This document shows positions 18,069-27,620 of a stretch of 64,000 nt of DNA, piece after piece (position 1 is the stretch's first letter; each line of letters begins with the position of its first letter). The stretch comes from a virus. A model generated the notes under the pieces. The model was not told the DNA's origin, searched no databases, and was given only the letters and a program-made list of their open reading frames with translations. The stretch lies in IMG/VR virus record IMGVR_UViG_3300046010_005562, one strand, 5' to 3'. The position numbers and the translations under genes were made by a program.

Positions 18069-18770
18069 TTAATTGTATGTGCTGTTAGTTTCAAGGGTGA
18101 TCCAATAATTAACCTTCCCATCTCTATCAGAGAACTTTGAAATTCCCTTTGATGAAATCTCTACCAAATAAGTTTTTGGTAGAATTTTAAGATGATCGCT
18201 TTTAAATATCAATTTAAATACATCTCCATTTGGATTACTATCAGGAAGAATCAATGTGTGTGTAGGTGCAGAATTTACTTCCGCATCAAACGAAACTAGT
18301 TTAATTTTATCACCATCAGATTCTACTGAAATGTTAGGAGACTGTAATACATTAGATGCTTTAATAATACGTTCAAAATCATTCTGATCTAATACAAATG
18401 AAATATCAGGAGATACAGAAGGTCGTTTCGACTTGTTGATGATCTCCTGATTTTTATCATCATATATCAAAGATGGAGCATTGTAAATATAGTTGATTTG
18501 AGATCTTCCATCAGAACCTTTAATAATAACATGTGTATCAGTAAACTCAAGATCAGCAGTTCCACCTTTAAACAGAGATATTACCAATAGAAAATTACTC
18601 AAATCAAAAATTCCAAAATCCATTGGAATATCTTCCTCAATAAAAGCTTCCGCAAGAATATTACGTTGTGCTGAAACTGAAGATACTACATTACCTTTTT
18701 TAAACAAAATCCCATTATTAATTGAAGAAAAATTCTTCAAAATTGTAAGAGTGTCATTAGAAATCTTCAT
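18069..18770 (-). CDS. 45: gp45 sliding clamp
   Basis: MKISNDTLTILKNFSSIN, FGIFDLSNFL, YWITLE. Confidence 0.93.
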   Translation of the reverse strand: MKISNDTLTILKNFSSINNGILFKKGNVVSSVSAQRNILAEAFIEEDIPMDFGIFDLSNFLLVISLFKGGTADLEFTDTHVIIKGSDGRSQINYIYNAPSLIYDDKNQEIINKSKRPSVSPDISFVLDQNDFERIIKASNVLQSPNISVESDGDKIKLVSFDAEVNSAPTHTLILPDSNPNGDVFKLIFKSDHLKILPKTYLVEISSKGISKFSDRDGKVNYWITLETNSTYN

Positions 18771-18798
18771 CTTTTCTCCTTAATCATAACAAAAACAC

Positions 18799-18827
18799 AT
18801 GATACAGCATAAATCCAATTTAGTCAA
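18799..18827 (-). promoter_or_regulatory. sigma70-type promoter for the gp45 operon
   Basis: TTGACT-N17-TATCAT. Confidence 0.7.
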
Positions 18828-19075
18828 TCTTTAAGAGATGTGGCACTCAAAGCGTTAGTTTCTTCTATCCTCATTGACTTCCAACGTTCAAGAGACACAA
18901 TAGCCTCTTGAACATCTTTTTCAATATCTTTATGTCCTCTCCCTCCAGCAACGAGCAATTTTTTAATTGCATGTTGAATACAAGGATCAGTTACATTAAA
19001 AATATCTAATACTCTATAAACATCTACATAATCATAAGGAACTTTTTTATAATAATGTGAATATTTTTCATTCAT
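18824..19075 (-). CDS. Conserved phage protein (possibly DUF3310/nucleotide kinase-like)
   Basis: SHYY..DVYRVL..HAIKKLL.AG.RG.KD..KD..EA pattern. Confidence 0.55.
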   Translation of the reverse strand: MNEKYSHYYKKVPYDYVDVYRVLDIFNVTDPCIQHAIKKLLVAGGRGHKDIEKDVQEAIVSLERWKSMRIEETNALSATSLKD

Positions 19076-19076
19076 A

Positions 19077-19874
19077 TTACATTTCACCAATATAATTAGC
19101 TACCGCTTGTAAATTTCCACTAAAGATATAACTACCAATATGAGACAACTGCATCCACGGAGCAATCCATACCTTAACTCCAATCTTTCTCATTTGATGA
19201 CAATTGCAATAATCTTCTGATAAAGTTCTACGAGATTCTGGATCAATGAACACATTAAAGAAAGAACAAATTTCTCTTTCTCCACCAAAATGAGCTTGAC
19301 CAACATGATCTGGCTTATACATATATTCTGGATATGCGTTTTGGAACTTTTCAAATACTTCTCTTCTATACATACAGAATCCAGTACCTACTTCAGAAAC
19401 TTCCAAAGGTTCTTGAATAGAAAATCTTTGATTTCCACCAACTGGGTTAAATACCATCGAACCAACCAATTTAGGATATTCACTAACTGGAAGATCTTTA
19501 TTTTTAAGAATAGCTTTATTAAGCTGTCCCCATTCAATAGATTTCTTCGGATAAGGTCCACCAATAATTTCCTTATCAAGAGCAAGCATTGCAACAATAT
19601 CTTGTGGATTGAATCCAATATCAGAATCAATAAACATCATATGGGTACAATCTGAACGATTCAAAAATTCATCTGTAATATAATTTCTTGCTCTTTGAAT
19701 CAAAGATTCATTAAATAAGAAACTGAATTTAACTTCAACTCCATATTGTATTAAAAGTGCTTGTAGATCCAAACAAGATTTCATAAACATACCGCAACAT
19801 TGACCACCATACATAGGTGTTCCAATAAAAAGTTTCTTCTTTCTCAATTCTTCAGTTGAAATCTGAATTTCCAT
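19077..19874 (-). CDS. GT-A-fold conserved phage protein
   Basis: FIGTPMYGG, NESLIQRARN, MMFIDSDI (DxD), GTGF, LSEDY. Confidence 0.7.
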   Translation of the reverse strand: MEIQISTEELRKKKLFIGTPMYGGQCCGMFMKSCLDLQALLIQYGVEVKFSFLFNESLIQRARNYITDEFLNRSDCTHMMFIDSDIGFNPQDIVAMLALDKEIIGGPYPKKSIEWGQLNKAILKNKDLPVSEYPKLVGSMVFNPVGGNQRFSIQEPLEVSEVGTGFCMYRREVFEKFQNAYPEYMYKPDHVGQAHFGGEREICSFFNVFIDPESRRTLSEDYCNCHQMRKIGVKVWIAPWMQLSHIGSYIFSGNLQAVANYIGEM

Positions 19875-19885
19875 ATTTTCTCCTA

Positions 19886-20977
19886 TTACACGTTATAAAG
19901 TTCATTTTCTGTTCTGTTATACCATTTTCCTCCAACAACAGCAAAGTCGCTGGTGGTATCAACATATTCAAATACTGTAGATTTCTTTTGAATATCATGA
20001 TGACTAATCATAAATCCTGTTGACCATCTTTGAGCTTCGCAATAACTAGCCCTACGAATATGACCCGCTCCTAACTGATGCCATTCATAAGCACCGTAAT
20101 TAAGATTATGTAATGTTTCACTTTTATGTGAATGATGGTGTCCATTACATCCAGGAATTCCATATTTCTTTCCTTCTGGATAATGATGGAATAGAATAGA
20201 ATCAAATTTTATCAAATAATTCTTTTTCAATTCCTTCTTTAAGTCTGATTCAGTGAATACTGTTAGGTCTTCTCTAGAAATATAATTAATTTCAAACCTA
20301 TCTAAACCAAGAAGTTTAGAAATAGTAAACCCATGAAGATCGCTCAATAGAACCATAATATTAGGGCTTGATTCTGATAAATGACGTAACAATCTATGTT
20401 CGTGATTTGCTGAAATGTAATTCAATTCAGCGTCTGGTAGAATTTCTCTAATTTCTCTAAAAAATTCATGTACACAATCAATTCTTTCTATTAACTTATA
20501 TGATCTTGGATCATTAAAATACTTAGAAAACTCAGGAAGATCAAAATGATCTCCACCAAAAACAATAACTTCAGGTTTAATTCTTTTCAAAGTATCAAGA
20601 TATACTCTTCTAGTAAAAGGATCAAAGCTTAAATCATGAGTATCTGTAATAGTTACAATAGTTTGAAATCTTTTAGAATCTGGTCTAAGATACTTTCCTT
20701 CATATGAAGCTTTTTCAACATTCATATCTCTAAGTTTATCTTTAGATGAATGTTTAGAAATTTGACTTAATATTTTTGATTGATGATCTGTTAGATCTAA
20801 ACCAGCTTGGGTTTTGAATTCGGAAAAAGTCCCAAAATAAGAACTCCACCAATATTCAGGACATTGAGAATTTTTCCTATAAAAATCTCTTGTAATTACT
20901 TTATCTGAACAAGCTTCAGCTAATTCTATAAAATCTTTTAAACATTCTTCACGAGTCCATGTTTTACTCTTACTCAT
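19886..20977 (-). CDS. Calcineurin-like metallophosphoesterase with N-terminal homing-endonuclease-associated helical repeat
   Basis: TDTHD, GGDHFD, ANHE, HH, GHHH; N-terminus WTREECL...FGTFSEFKTQAGL. Confidence 0.75.
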   Translation of the reverse strand: MSKSKTWTREECLKDFIELAEACSDKVITRDFYRKNSQCPEYWWSSYFGTFSEFKTQAGLDLTDHQSKILSQISKHSSKDKLRDMNVEKASYEGKYLRPDSKRFQTIVTITDTHDLSFDPFTRRVYLDTLKRIKPEVIVFGGDHFDLPEFSKYFNDPRSYKLIERIDCVHEFFREIREILPDAELNYISANHEHRLLRHLSESSPNIMVLLSDLHGFTISKLLGLDRFEINYISREDLTVFTESDLKKELKKNYLIKFDSILFHHYPEGKKYGIPGCNGHHHSHKSETLHNLNYGAYEWHQLGAGHIRRASYCEAQRWSTGFMISHHDIQKKSTVFEYVDTTSDFAVVGGKWYNRTENELYNV

Positions 20978-20995
20978 ATTATTTTCTCATAGTTT

Positions 20996-21003
20996 TATTT
21001 ATA
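20996..21003 (-). promoter_or_regulatory. Late promoter TATAAATA
   Basis: Exact consensus 19 nt upstream of the phosphoesterase start. Confidence 0.6.
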
Positions 21004-21021
21004 ATTTATACAATCTACATT

Positions 21022-21612
21022 TTACATTCTCTGTTGAGCAATTAAGTTTCTGGCGTATCGTTTCATATACTTTTCACGTTTTTTAAATCCAGAATTTAAA
21101 GCCAATGGTTTTGCTAGAGTATCAAAAGTAATTCCATTAAGATGATCTAATTCATGAAGAAAAACTCTAGCACTAATTCCATCAAGATTGCTAGTATGTT
21201 TAACACCCTCAAAATCTTGATATTCTATTGTTATACTTTTAGATCTTTTAAGTCCAAGAACTAAAAATGGGAAAGATAAACAACCTTCTTGCATCATAAC
21301 AGACTCATTAGAAGTTGACACTAGCTTTGGATTGAATAATGTAATATATGTATCAGCATAACCAATACATATAACAGAATAAGGAATCCCACATTGATTT
21401 GCGGCCAATCCAAATGCTTTATGTGTTGAAATAGTTTTAATTAAATCTCTAGACAATTTAGAGGCTTTTTCCAATCCTTCAGTTTCAAATGAAAATTCTA
21501 CTGTTGGAGTTTTAAGAATAAGATCTGTTTCTGGTACTAAACTTAGTATTTCCCCAGAATCAACTTTCATAGTTGTTGGGTTTGAAGTATCAATTGTAAT
21601 AATTTCGCTCAT
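21022..21612 (-). CDS. def: Peptide deformylase
   Basis: GLAANQ, EGCLS, HELDH motifs. Confidence 0.93.
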   Translation of the reverse strand: MSEIITIDTSNPTTMKVDSGEILSLVPETDLILKTPTVEFSFETEGLEKASKLSRDLIKTISTHKAFGLAANQCGIPYSVICIGYADTYITLFNPKLVSTSNESVMMQEGCLSFPFLVLGLKRSKSITIEYQDFEGVKHTSNLDGISARVFLHELDHLNGITFDTLAKPLALNSGFKKREKYMKRYARNLIAQQRM

Positions 21613-23333
21613 TGAATCACCTTTAATCTAGAAAAATTCTTAACCATTTCAAACTTTAACGCTCTATCGAACCTATCTTTAATCTCTTCACCTTTAGGTG
21701 AAATTACAAATATATTTGTATTATAATCTAAATCTCCTAACATGTCAAGAAATAAATCTATTCCTGGTTCATCAAAAGATCCATCTACAATTTCATCCAT
21801 AAAAAGAAGATTACAATCTACACTATTTTTCATTTTAGAAATATCTCTAAATGCAAATAAAAGAGCTAAGTCTATTCTTAATTTCTGACCTTCTGAAAAA
21901 TTATTGTATTGAAATTCATCTCTATGTCTTGATTTTATAACTTCTTCAAAGTTTTCATTTATATTAAAATTAACAAAAAAATTAAGTTTAGATAGATATG
22001 TGTTTATTCTTTTATTAAGAATTGGAAGATATTGTTTTATTATCTTAGTTTTAATCCCACCATCTTTTAATAATGTTGCACAATATTCAAGATATTTTTT
22101 ATCCTCACTTAATTTTTTTTGTTGAGAAACAAAAACTTCATATTCAAAAACTAAATTTCTAAGTTTATTAATATCTTCTTCAGAAACTACTGAGCATCCT
22201 TCTATATTTTCAATCTCTAAATTCAAATTTTTAATAAAATCTTTATATGAATTTATTTTTGTATTTATTTTTGTTATTTCATTATTATGATCTATGATTT
22301 TATCTGAAATGTCAGATATTTCATTTAATCTACCTTCTAAGGTATATATCTCGTTTTTTAACTTAACATATCCTTCTTCTAGTTTTTCTTTTTTTGATTC
22401 TATCGAAGTTACATTTTCTTTTTTAAATTCAGGTAATATTACCTGTTTGCAGGTAGGACATGAATCATTGCTACTATAAAAATTTAGTTCTTTTGTAAAA
22501 TTAGAAATATTATTTTCTAATTTAGCTTCCATCTGAATAAGTTTTTGTTTTTTACTACTGGAAGAAGTTTTATCCAATATACTATTTTGCAATACTTTTA
22601 CATGTTGTTCTATTAACACAACATCGCTATTTAATTTTTCAATTTCATTTTCATATTTTTTTACAGATTCTTTCTTTTTTAAAATATGAGATTCAGAATT
22701 TTTCTTTATTTCTTTTATTAAATTATTTTGACTATTAATCTTCTCTTTATGAACTTCTATATTAGATTTTAATTCAGACAATGAAGATTTTATATTACTT
22801 ACTTTTTCCTTAACCAACACATTCATAGATGAGAATATTTGAATGTCTAATAGATCTTCAATAACTGCTCTACGATCAGCAGCAGATAGCTGCATAAATG
22901 GAGTATATCTAGCAGAACCAAGAATATCTACTTGTATAAAAGATTTATAATTCATTTTAAGAATATTAATTTCGAGATATTCTTGATAGTCTTTATTAAC
23001 TGCATCTTGAGTTAAAAGAACATCATCTATATAAATTTCAAATATATTAGGTTTCATCCCCCTAATAATTTTATAATCTTTACTACCAATACTAAATTCT
23101 ATTTCAACCAAACAATCTTTTTTGTTTATTGAATTAGGTATGTTTGGTTTATTTATTTTTCTAAATGCTTTTCCAAATAAAACATAAGTCAAGGCACAAA
23201 GAATCATGGATTTTCCATGACCATTTAATCCAAAAATAATTGTTTTATTATGTGAATTTAAATCTACTTCTATATATGTGTTACCAGAAGATAGAAAATT
23301 TTTAAATTTTATTTTTTTAAATACTAATCTCAT
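21609..23333 (-). CDS. 46: gp46 Rad50/SbcC-like recombination ATPase
   Basis: GLNGHGKS, CPTC zinc hook, FSEGQ, LFMDE. Confidence 0.95.
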   Translation of the reverse strand: MRLVFKKIKFKNFLSSGNTYIEVDLNSHNKTIIFGLNGHGKSMILCALTYVLFGKAFRKINKPNIPNSINKKDCLVEIEFSIGSKDYKIIRGMKPNIFEIYIDDVLLTQDAVNKDYQEYLEINILKMNYKSFIQVDILGSARYTPFMQLSAADRRAVIEDLLDIQIFSSMNVLVKEKVSNIKSSLSELKSNIEVHKEKINSQNNLIKEIKKNSESHILKKKESVKKYENEIEKLNSDVVLIEQHVKVLQNSILDKTSSSSKKQKLIQMEAKLENNISNFTKELNFYSSNDSCPTCKQVILPEFKKENVTSIESKKEKLEEGYVKLKNEIYTLEGRLNEISDISDKIIDHNNEITKINTKINSYKDFIKNLNLEIENIEGCSVVSEEDINKLRNLVFEYEVFVSQQKKLSEDKKYLEYCATLLKDGGIKTKIIKQYLPILNKRINTYLSKLNFFVNFNINENFEEVIKSRHRDEFQYNNFSEGQKLRIDLALLFAFRDISKMKNSVDCNLLFMDEIVDGSFDEPGIDLFLDMLGDLDYNTNIFVISPKGEEIKDRFDRALKFEMVKNFSRLKVIQ

Positions 23334-24361
23334 TCAGATTCTAACCTAACAGCTTCTTGATATAAAACTTCCATTATTTTTTTCAATTCTTGAGTATCAA
23401 TATCTTTATTTTTTATCCCATCAATATATTTGTTCATAATAGTTATAGTATCCTGTGTTTCATCTACTGAATCTTCATCTGAAGATAAATCAACAACATC
23501 CTCTACTACAGTATATCCAGCAGGATTTACTTGATCTAAATGATCTAAAAATACTTGAAATTCATCTGTTCTACTACTAACAGAAACTTTTAAATAACAA
23601 TTAGTATATTTTTCCAAATTTGAAAAATCAATAGAATCATCATATCTTATTTTATAATAAGTTTTATATGGATTTTCTATAAATTCTATAGTTCTAGTTT
23701 CTGTATCAAAAATATGGAATCCTTTAGGATCTTCAAAATCTTGCCATGTTAATTCATAAGGAGTTCCAACATAAAATATATTTTCTTTGTGTGATTTGTG
23801 ATGGTAATGACCAGAAAACACATATTCATATCTAGAAAACATTTTAGGATCTAATCCATCTTTACATTCAACACCTCTATACATAGAAAAGTTTTGAATT
23901 TCAAAATGTCCCATACAAACCAAAGATCTTGAATTTGATATATAATTCAAACATTCTAATTCATTTTCTTTACAAATCCAAGGAATAATATCTATTCCAT
24001 TTATATTTGTAGGAGAATCAATAATCGTTATATTATTATATCCACTTAATAATAAAGTAGATGAATTTATAGATAAAGATTCTCTATAAAATATATCATG
24101 ATTTCCTATCAATGTATATAAATGTATTTTATTTTCTACTAAAGCATCAAAGAAATAAGATTTTACTCTATCTACTGAATATAGATGTGCTGCTTTACGA
24201 TTATCCCAAAGATCTCCTAATTGGAATATTGTAGATATTTTATTTTCTACTAAATGCGGGATTAAAAATTCTGAATAAAATTTCTCGAAATGATCATGAA
24301 AAATCTTACTATTACCACGAGCACCAAAATGAGTATCTCCTAAAATACAAATTTTACTCAT
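23330..24361 (-). CDS. 47: gp47 Mre11/SbcD-like nuclease
   Basis: GDTHFG, GDLWD, GNHD, GHYH. Confidence 0.95.
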   Translation of the reverse strand: MSKICILGDTHFGARGNSKIFHDHFEKFYSEFLIPHLVENKISTIFQLGDLWDNRKAAHLYSVDRVKSYFFDALVENKIHLYTLIGNHDIFYRESLSINSSTLLLSGYNNITIIDSPTNINGIDIIPWICKENELECLNYISNSRSLVCMGHFEIQNFSMYRGVECKDGLDPKMFSRYEYVFSGHYHHKSHKENIFYVGTPYELTWQDFEDPKGFHIFDTETRTIEFIENPYKTYYKIRYDDSIDFSNLEKYTNCYLKVSVSSRTDEFQVFLDHLDQVNPAGYTVVEDVVDLSSDEDSVDETQDTITIMNKYIDGIKNKDIDTQELKKIMEVLYQEAVRLESE

Positions 24362-24911
24362 CAAAATCATCCATAAATTTTTCAATTCCTTTCTGCTTTG
24401 AAATCTTAATTTTCTTATCTTTCATTGTATTTTCAAATTGCTCTATGAATTCATATAGATTATCATATATTTGAATTTGACTAAGAATTGATTCATCCAA
24501 ATCTTCTAATTCTTCTTCTCCTAGAACTCCAAAATTTTCTGCTGCTTTATATTTAACATATTGCTGTTTCTTTTCTTTTTCTATTCTTCTTAAGAAAGCA
24601 TACCAAATAATTTTGGTAAAGTAGGCAAAAGGTTTATCATATTTAGTTGAATCAAAATTATGAAAATACATTAAACAGTTTTCAACTGCATCTAGTATCA
24701 TTTCATCCTTATATGAATAAGAATAAAAATTTGGTCTTTGTGCTAACCCTGTTGCTATTTTTAAAAAACACTCCCCAATATAATTGGGGATTCTAGGTTT
24801 AGGGAGTTTATTTTCTTTTGCATCCTGTAGAAGGGTTTGATATTCTATTAGTGCTAAAGTAAAATCTTCATTATTTATATAGTTATGCTTTTTCTTTGTT
24901 TGATCTGCCAT
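24354..24911 (-). CDS. 55: gp55 late sigma factor
   Basis: YINNEDF, YIGECFLKIA, PFAYFT.IIWYAFLRRI.KEK. Confidence 0.95.
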   Translation of the reverse strand: MADQTKKKHNYINNEDFTLALIEYQTLLQDAKENKLPKPRIPNYIGECFLKIATGLAQRPNFYSYSYKDEMILDAVENCLMYFHNFDSTKYDKPFAYFTKIIWYAFLRRIEKEKKQQYVKYKAAENFGVLGEEELEDLDESILSQIQIYDNLYEFIEQFENTMKDKKIKISKQKGIEKFMDDFDE

Positions 24912-24944
24912 TCCATCTTCTCCATAATTAATTCCATATTATAT

Positions 24945-24973
24945 ACTATATCACAAATTCATAAATTAATCAA
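24945..24973 (-). promoter_or_regulatory. sigma70-type promoter for gp55
   Basis: TTGATT-N17-TATAGT with TGn extended -10. Confidence 0.7.
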
Positions 24974-24986
24974 GTTCAAAAAGTTC

Positions 24987-25015
24987 TTGACTTTTTTTTA
25001 GTTCTGGTGTACTAT
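24987..25015 (+). promoter_or_regulatory. sigma70-type promoter antisense to uvsW
   Basis: TTGACT-N17-TACTAT. Confidence 0.55.
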
Positions 25016-25037
25016 ATATCTGTAGTCCGATGATAAT

Positions 25038-26540
25038 CTAATTTAACTTTATATTATATAATTTATAATTAAATTTCTCTTGATTGTAAAATTTAATTCT
25101 TTCTAAAAAGTGTATAACTGCAAAGTTCTGATAGCTATCAGTAGAAAGATCATCTACAATATCATATAAAGTAGCATGATCTTTATCATTATTCAATCTT
25201 AATATTCTACCTATACTTTGTAATGTTCTTATTCTAGACTTAGAAGGATGAGTAAATATTACATTATGTAAATTTTTTATACTTACTCCTGTTGAAAATA
25301 CACCATTAGAAGCAATTATTATAGCATTTTCTTCAGATTCTACTATTGATCTTATAGATTCTCTATCTTCTATTTCTGTTTTTCCATGAATGAAGAATAC
25401 TTTTCTATTTCCAATTAACTTACTATCCTTAATAAGATCATATAATATTTTACCATGAGACTCTACTAATTGAAACAATAGAAGAGTATTTTTATTCATA
25501 CTTATAGCTAAGTTTTTAATAAAAATATTTCTATGTTTATTTGATATTATATATTTTATTTCCTCTTGATATTTAAGTTTTTGTTTTCTGAATTTATTAC
25601 AAATATCTTCATCATATTTTAATAATAAACATTTTATCTTTAAATCAGTTGCTTGTTTCTTATCAATAAGTTCTTTTGTAGAAGATATTCTTATAGGTTC
25701 TCCAAATAATCCAGTAAGAACATTTTCATGCGTTTTACTACCTGATAAAGTTCCTGTCATTCCTATTTTATATATAGAATTTGTACAATTGTTTATTATG
25801 TCTGATATACTAGATGCTTGTGCAAGATGAACCTCATCATTAATAACAAAATCAAATTCTTCAAAAAAAGATTTATTTTCTATGTTATGAAGACTTTGCC
25901 AAGTAGATATTATAATAGGTTTATTTGAACTTTTTTCTTGCCCAGAAAATATAGTATGTACATTATCATAAACATCCCAATCTGTATTAGAAGAATAATC
26001 TTGGAAATCTGATTCCAATTGACTACATAAAGATACAGTTGGAACTATTATTAATCCTTTTTTACATCCATGTTCTATTAAATATCTAGATATTAGGTAT
26101 GCTATTAAACTTTTTCCACTAGAAGTAGCACTCAATAAAATATTTCTTTTTTGTTTTAATGCTAAAAATAATCCTAATACTTGATAATCTCTAGCTGTTA
26201 TCTTTTCTCCTTTAGAATGAATATTAAGATCTTTTATATACTGTTTAATACTATCAGTATCTAATTCTTCTGAGGAATTATCATAACAAATTTTATATGA
26301 ATACTCTCTTTCTTTGCAGAATTTTATTAAACGATTAATTAATCCACAAGGAAGTTCCTGAGTATATGCAGAGAATACTCTTATAATACCATCCCAAACT
26401 TTGGCTTTATATTTAGGATTAAATTTATAACCAGGAACATAAAAAGAAAAGTAATCTGAAAGTTCTTGAGCAACTCCACGAGAACATCTTATTTTTAAAA
26501 AACTTTCATTTTTTTTATGTATTTCTATATCAAAGTTCAT
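25038..26540 (-). CDS. uvsW: UvsW RNA-DNA/DNA helicase
   Basis: ATSSGKS, DEVH, GMTGT, LQSIGRILR; TAATG coupling to uvsY. Confidence 0.95.
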   Translation of the reverse strand: MNFDIEIHKKNESFLKIRCSRGVAQELSDYFSFYVPGYKFNPKYKAKVWDGIIRVFSAYTQELPCGLINRLIKFCKEREYSYKICYDNSSEELDTDSIKQYIKDLNIHSKGEKITARDYQVLGLFLALKQKRNILLSATSSGKSLIAYLISRYLIEHGCKKGLIIVPTVSLCSQLESDFQDYSSNTDWDVYDNVHTIFSGQEKSSNKPIIISTWQSLHNIENKSFFEEFDFVINDEVHLAQASSISDIINNCTNSIYKIGMTGTLSGSKTHENVLTGLFGEPIRISSTKELIDKKQATDLKIKCLLLKYDEDICNKFRKQKLKYQEEIKYIISNKHRNIFIKNLAISMNKNTLLLFQLVESHGKILYDLIKDSKLIGNRKVFFIHGKTEIEDRESIRSIVESEENAIIIASNGVFSTGVSIKNLHNVIFTHPSKSRIRTLQSIGRILRLNNDKDHATLYDIVDDLSTDSYQNFAVIHFLERIKFYNQEKFNYKLYNIKLN

Positions 26541-26980
26541 TAAGCACCAGCTAAGAATTTTTCCCACTCGATATAACTTCTCAATTCCCAATTTCTATTC
26601 TTTATTTCATTTAATATAGATTCAATAGAATATGATACTTGATCGTGATAAGCTTTTTTCTGTAAGATTTTATTTAAATCATCGTCTGCGGATATATATC
26701 TATCTATATTTCCCTTAGATCCTAGTTTAAGATCAAATTGTTCCCATCCATAAGTATTTAAAGTTTCTTCATCAAGATGTCCAAGATAATATTCAGTTTT
26801 AATATTTTTCATTTTATCATAATTACTTTTGGTTTTTATAGAAGCTAATTTATGTTCGTTTAATATTTTCAAATATTTACAATGTAATAATGGAATATTT
26901 AACAATTCGCTGCTTATGTTTGTTCTATCTATAATACAATCTACTTCCCACATTTCATTAACTTCTTCAATTGTTTTCAT
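26540..26980 (-). CDS. uvsY: UvsY recombination mediator
   Basis: IP.LH.KYL, YYLG, IEWEKFLAG; synteny. Confidence 0.9.
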   Translation of the reverse strand: MKTIEEVNEMWEVDCIIDRTNISSELLNIPLLHCKYLKILNEHKLASIKTKSNYDKMKNIKTEYYLGHLDEETLNTYGWEQFDLKLGSKGNIDRYISADDDLNKILQKKAYHDQVSYSIESILNEIKNRNWELRSYIEWEKFLAGA

Positions 26981-27005
26981 ATTATAATCACCTCAAAAAT
27001 ATTTA

Positions 27006-27530
27006 TCACCTATTTATATGGAATAAGTGATAGTTAAATGTTGCTGTTGCTGTAACAACTGTTTCAGAACTTTCTTTTGTGCTAAATTGTATTTCAGATA
27101 AAGATACTGGAAATAAATTAGCAAAATGTATAGAGAGTTTAGGATTATTTAGACCAGATAAAATAGTAATAATTGCATCACAATATTGAGGAGTATCTAA
27201 ATTTAAAGAAGATATTTGTCTATTCATTAATTTATATTCTTCAAAAGAACAAGGAAATCCTATTCCCTTCATCCATTCATATATAACTTGATATGACCAC
27301 ATTTCTTCATCTATTATAAACTCTACACGCAATTCTCCAAATTTTATTTTATCTCCTGGTCTAGGAATGTCAACAAAAGGAGATGTTTGTATAACAGGCT
27401 CAACTAATAAACTTGGTAAAGAAAATGATTGCAAAAAATAAGTCATTGTGGTAATCTTAGGGAATACCATTTGAAATTTAGTGGGTTGTAAATAGTTTGT
27501 ATTTTGTGGGTTTCTGTTTAAAGCACTCAT
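27006..27530 (-). CDS. 3: gp3 tail tube terminator/completion protein
   Basis: NYLQPTKF, PGDKI.F..L.V.FIIDE, FPVSLS. Confidence 0.88.
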   Translation of the reverse strand: MSALNRNPQNTNYLQPTKFQMVFPKITTMTYFLQSFSLPSLLVEPVIQTSPFVDIPRPGDKIKFGELRVEFIIDEEMWSYQVIYEWMKGIGFPCSFEEYKLMNRQISSLNLDTPQYCDAIITILSGLNNPKLSIHFANLFPVSLSEIQFSTKESSETVVTATATFNYHLFHINR

Positions 27531-27620
27531 ATTTTTTCCAAAAGTTGTTTTTACTATTTATGTATGCTTTTATATTAAAAAATAATAAATACATAATAAA
27601 ACACATTTAAGAGGAGTTTC

